Translations under genes and position numbers: made by a program | Source of the DNA: Octopus sinensis | Taxonomy: Eukaryota | DNA length: 64,000 bases | Direction of reading: 5' to 3' | Assembly (NCBI RefSeq): GCF_006345805.1 | Contig: NC_042997.1 | Location: 206,770,001 to 206,834,000 of the forward strand | Notes under the pieces: generated by a model | The model's input: the letters and a program-made list of their open reading frames with translations, nothing else | Databases searched by the model: none | Told to the model about the DNA's origin: nothing | Shown: positions 59,810-64,000 of the stretch, in pieces | Position numbering within the stretch: the stretch's first letter is position 1 | Layout: the number at the start of each line of letters is the position of its first letter

Positions 59810-59998
59810 TTCTAAAGGCTCAAGGCCTGAAATTTTGGAAAAGGGGAGTAGACATTTCACTGGTGTTTAATTTATCAACCCTGAAAGGATGTAAGGCAAA
59901 GCTAACATCAACAGAATTTGAACTCAGAATGTGAAGATGGACAAAATATTGCTAAAAATATCACCTGACCTGATAAGTATTCTGCCAGATCACTGCCT
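59810..59998 (-). mobile_element. Old degenerate octopus-type SINE
   Basis: caaggcctgaaatttt..aatttatcaaccctgaaaggatgtaaggcaaag..gaatttgaactcagaatgt matches the 20746 copy. Confidence 0.7.
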
Positions 59999-60009
59999 TA
60001 ATAATAATA

Positions 60010-60052
<43 letters not shown>
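59999..60052. repeat. (TAA)n microsatellite
   Basis: About 17 TAA units with one interruption. Confidence 0.95.
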
Positions 60053-60053
<1 letters not shown>

Positions 60054-60219
60054 TTTTAAAAAGGATTGACGTAAATCTTCACAAAGGTAAACAGTCAAGA
60101 CGAAGAGTGTGATTCGATTGTAAGATATTCTATTAGTTGAACGATATATCAACAGTACGTCTGTCTTTGTCAAGTTCAAAATAAGAAGTGATAAAAATTC
60201 AAAATTACAGAAATCTAAG

Positions 60220-60860
60220 TTTAAAGTATGAACGAGAGCAACTAGCATCCGCACGTTGATGGAATGACATCCACCTTCATGATGCTTCAAGGCCCAAAAC
60301 CTCCACTGGCTACAATGCCGTAAGTATGGATATGAGATTGTGGCTGCTTAGTACCAACAAACACTGGAAAAGGTAATGGATGAAAAGGGGAAGGCAAAAA
60401 TCCTCTGGGACTTTGACTTCCAGACAGACAAAGTGTTAGAGCACCGAACGCTGGATATAGAAACCTTTAGGAGGGACAAACAAGAGTGCCAAATAATCGA
60501 TTTGGCAGTGCCAGGAGACACAAAAAGCTGCGATTTGGCAGTGCCAGGATCACTTGCATCGTGGAAAGAAAGAGAAATGTTGATAATAACGGAGAAGCTG
60601 AGAATTGAGATTGCTAATGATGTGGCCTTTACAAGTCAAACATAAAGGTTATCCCTATGGTCATCGGAGTATTGGGTTCAATACCATCCCATCTGAAAAC
60701 TTTAGAATACCCTCCAATCTAGGTGTATTGCAGAAGTCGGCATTACTTGGAATTGGATGCATATTGTGTAGTGTCAGTCTGAGGTCCTTGTTGTCACTTG
60801 ACAAACATTATATACAATGTCTGCAATCAACAACCTCATAACATTGTATACTGGGCGACA
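60220..60860 (+). mobile_element. Old 3' fragment of an RLE-type (R4/Dong-like) LINE
   Basis: DEKGKAKILWDFDFQTDKVLEHRTLDI..DKQECQIIDLAVPGD matches the ILWD..IQTD..HR.PDI..IID.A.P.D restriction-like endonuclease motif. Confidence 0.75.
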
Positions 60861-60889
60861 TCTATGATATGATAATAATAATTAGAAGA

Positions 60890-63800
60890 AGAAGAGGGGG
60901 TGGGGTGGGGGTGACAGAGGAGGAAGAGGAGAAGAAGAGGCGATGGTGGTAGAAGAATTGCTCTACCCAAAGAACAAAAACACAACAACAAATACATATA
61001 AAATATGGAAGAAAAATAACCTAAACAAAGACTTGGATACAGCAATGAACCCTAATAAACTAGCTACCATACGAAGATATATTCTCAACGCAAAAAAATT
61101 TCAGAAATAGAAATAGAACATTTATAAGAAAAAATACATCAGGAAAATGAAGATAGTAAACACACAACAATACCAAATAATATAAACACTGAGACAGTAA
61201 AACACGAAAACAGACGTAACATTTCCAACAAAAACGAAGTAAACAAAAAACAATAAACCTAGACCGTAAGGATGAATAATAATGTAAGAAAAGCAGCAAA
61301 CCAAAACACAACAGACAAACATACGAATGAGAAAAAAAGCGACACAAATCTAAAACCTGGAAACAACGAAGGGGAGCCTAATGATTATGATACCATAAAA
61401 AATAGAATAATCAAAGAACTGAAAAACACATACCTCCCAAAAATCAAAATAGACCAAAAAACAACATTGATAATAAATAGCATAAACCTGGCTGTCACGG
61501 AACTAATAGCCACAGAAACAAATGGCAATATCACTAAGCTAAATGACATAATATAGGCAGCAGCCACTGCAGCCACAAAAGAAGCTGGATACTCACTCAA
61601 ACCCATCCAAACAGGAGTACCACCACCCAAACAAACCCTGTGGATAAATAACATCCAAAACAAAATACAAAAAATGAGAAAAGATCTGTCGATTCTTAAT
61701 GAAATCAGTAGACAATCAACGCTACTGAGCAACAAAAAGAAAACAAAAATACTGTGCAAATACAACATCACAGAAAAAGATTTACCTGAGATAAAAGAAA
61801 AGCTGAAGCAAGATATCCTTGCCAAAGCACAAAGGATCCGCTGGTATGAGAAACACCAACATTTCTTTGAACAAAACAAACAGTTCAACTCCAACCCCCA
61901 AAAATTCTACCAAGAACTTGGCAAAAAAAAAATAGACATCACTGCAGCACCAACAGCAGAAGAAGTGGAAGAATTTTGGAAAGAAATATGGTTGGCGAAA
62001 GAACAACCAAAAAAAAAAGGAGAATTAAAACAACAAACTTAGCACCTGAGCAACTTTGGACCCCCATAACAACTGAAGAGGTTACCCAGGCACTGCAAAG
62101 ACTAAGCAACTGGATGGCATCTGGGCATGACAGGATCCCCAACTTCTGGTTAAAATATCTGACAGGAATGCACAAAAAGCTGGCTGAAAACTTTAACAAC
62201 ATACTGGCAGAGCCAGAGACAATGCCTGAATGGCTCATGAAGGGGAAAACCATCATAATTCCCAAATCCAATTAGACAGCAAAACCAGAAAACTACAGAC
62301 CTATAACCTGTCTCCGTACAATGTACAAAGCATTCACTGCAGTACTATCACAAAGATTAAATAAGCACCTGGACGAAAACAACCTGTTTCCAGAAGAGCA
62401 AAAGGATGCTGCAAAGGCTCACATAGCTGTAAAGATCAACTAATGATCAATAAAGCCAAAACTGAAGACAGCCACAGAAAGAAGAAAGCCCTCAGTATGG
62501 CATGGATCAACTACCGAAAGGTGTTAGATAGCATTCCCCACACATGGATCCTCAAAACACTAGCCATTAACAAGGTAGCACCAACAATTATAAAATAAAT
62601 AGGACACTCTATGAATAAATGGCAGACAGTGCTACAGCTCCAAACAAAAGAGGGACTCGTGAAAACCAAAGCTATCCCCATTAGAAGAGGAATATTCCAG
62701 GGAGACACGCTCTCTACACTCCTTTTCTGCTTGGCACTGTCACCTCTATCTGATATGCTAAATAGAACTGGATGCAAATACAAGTGTTACAGCAAAACAA
62801 TCAGCCACCTTTTATATGTGGATGACCTAAAACTATACACTACAAATGACAAACAGCTGGAAACACTACTAAAGACAGTTCATGGATTTAACAAAGAAAT
62901 AGATATAAAATTTGGATTAGAAAAATGCACCAAAGTAACCCTGAAAAGAGGAAAACTAGTTAGGAGTAGCAACATCACACTAGAAAAAGCCAATGAAATA
63001 AGAGAATTAGACCAAAGCCAAACTTACAAATATTCAGGAGTCCATGAACTAGATAAGACACAACACACACAAATGAAAGAGAAAATATAGAAAGAATACT
63101 ATAGACGAGTTAGATCAATACTAAAAACAGAGCTCAATGCTAAAAACAAGATAACAGGTATTAATACTTTAGCCGTCCCAGTTATAAGTTACAGCTACAA
63201 TATCCTTAACTGGACGCTAAATGAACTAACCAAAATAGATAGGAAAACAAGAAAAATAATGACAGGATCTGGGATGCATCACCCAAAATCTGACATAGAA
63301 AGGCTATATATACAACATATAGAAAGTGGTAGAGGCCTTATAAAGCTGGAAAACTACTATAAAATAACCACCATAGGACTGCAAAAATACCTACTTCAGA
63401 AGCAAAGAAAACTAATACAAATAGCCACAAAACACAAACAAAACAAAAAATTGTTCTCAGTATTTAAGGAAGCTGACAAATGCAAAAAAAGAAGTCATAC
63501 CACCTAACAACTATGAAGAAGAAGAAACAACAAAAGCTATAAAACAAATGAAATCCAAATTAAAACTAGAACAGCAACGGACCATGATAAAACGATGGCA
63601 AGAAAAGCCTCTTCATGGCAAATACTGGGTTAAACTAAATGCAAAAGAAATAGACAGAGAAAAATCCCAGCAATGGTTGAGAAGCTCAGGACTAAAAGCA
63701 GAGATAGAGGGATTTTTGATTGCAGCACAAGACCAAAGCCTCCTCATCAGAAATCACCAAAAACATGTAATGAAAAGAAATATAACAAGTAACTGCAGAA

Positions 63801-64000
63801 TATGTGGAGATGGACAAGAAACAATAAATCTTATTATCTCTGGCTGCCCAGTCCTGGTTTAGAAGGAATATATTCACAGACATGACAGAGTTGGGACCTA
63901 CATACACTGGAAACTATGCCAACATTATGGAATAACAACAGAAAAAAGATGGTATAGGTACACACCAGAAAAGGTCACAGAAAACGAGAAAGCAACCATA
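60890..64000 (+). mobile_element. R4/Dong-like non-LTR retrotransposon, near full length, degraded, runs off the window
   Basis: Single-ORF layout with SNWMASGHDRIPNFWLK, ENYRPITC, IRRGIFQGDTLS.LLFCLALSPLS, SHLLYVDDLKLY, KFGLEKC, HPKSDIERLY..GRGL, KPLHGKYW and CRICGDGQETINLIISGCPVL (CCHC-type). Several stops and frameshifts are present. Confidence 0.88.

Noticed and set aside
59961-60290. ORF with poly-Tyr tract
   Set aside because: Reverse translation of (TAA)n.

Overview
Repeat-dominated animal genomic DNA. The SINE and RTE-tail families match what I recall from coleoid cephalopods, most likely Octopus; this was not searched. No prokaryotic features, CRISPR arrays, rRNA or intact tRNA genes were seen. 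Layout, left to right: the 3' end of an RTE LINE whose ORF ends in three C2H2 zinc fingers (1-724); a near-perfect 6.3 kb tandem triplication (1566-20453) built from RTE, SINE and Helitron fragments; a young non-coding direct-plus-inverted repeat carrying type I hammerhead ribozyme (HHR) folds (21641-23059); a 5'-truncated young RTE LINE (23408-26853); the 3' exons of a minus-strand PARP14/15-like mono-ADP-ribosyltransferase gene (30479-39451), with a frameshifted last exon and a probable retroposon-interrupted micro-exon; Penelope-like element (PLE) remnants; fold-back MITEs; a ~14 kb array of a 212 bp satellite (44491-58586); and R4/Dong-type LINEs running off the right edge. The most interesting signal is a set of three distinct HHR-like elements, one of which looks like a ~587 nt retrozyme-type unit with an unusually long stem II. 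All alignments and folds were done by eye. Part of the window (about 29.7-32.5 kb and 57-58.5 kb) shows many single-base deletions typical of uncorrected long-read error.
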